The notes beneath the pieces were generated by a model. It was not told the origin of the DNA and made no database searches. It saw nothing but the letters and a program-made list of their open reading frames with translations. The translations under genes were made by a program, and so were the position numbers. Below are positions 63,924-64,000 of a stretch of DNA of 64,000 bases, one piece after another; the stretch's first letter is position 1, and each line of letters opens with the position of its first letter. This stretch comes from Octopus vulgaris (taxonomy: Eukaryota), in the NCBI GenBank assembly GCA_951406725.2, contig OX597827.1:15872001-15936000 (forward strand). Direction: 5' to 3'.

Positions 63924-64000
63924 GTAAGTAATGAAGTGAATACTTGACTGTCCATCACTTAGCAGGATTATAGAACTGGTTGAAACAAGCATTTCAATAC

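Overview
AT-rich, repeat-dense metazoan genomic DNA. The repeat families and gene structure are most consistent with a coleoid cephalopod such as Octopus (inference). Three host genes are supported. (1) The terminal coding exon of a GPAT1/GPAM-like acyltransferase (+, 2187-2371). (2) A complete two-coding-exon FAM98A/B gene (-, 44686-43543 and 36644-36097, about 563 aa with an RGG/YGG low-complexity tail). (3) The first four coding exons of eIF3a (+, from 45786), arranged head-to-head with FAM98 across a CpG-rich bidirectional promoter carrying NRF1, YY1 and TOP-like motifs. The rest is mostly mobile DNA: at least three tRNA-derived SINE families, CR1 and RTE LINE 3' ends, Penelope-like termini with minimal hammerhead ribozymes, Tc1, mariner and hAT relics, several MITE families and microsatellites. 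The most notable observations are: a Penelope-like family with a non-canonical hammerhead core (CUGUNGAA) in three copies in eIF3a intron 1; a SINE with a GGTA target preference that inserts into itself and builds tandem multimers; a triplicated eIF3a splice acceptor whose decoys lead to a premature stop; and a 66-bp-arm hairpin with ssDNA-type structural features. Most ORFs in the supplied track are spurious (microsatellite or SINE derived). All coordinates and family assignments were read by eye without database searches.
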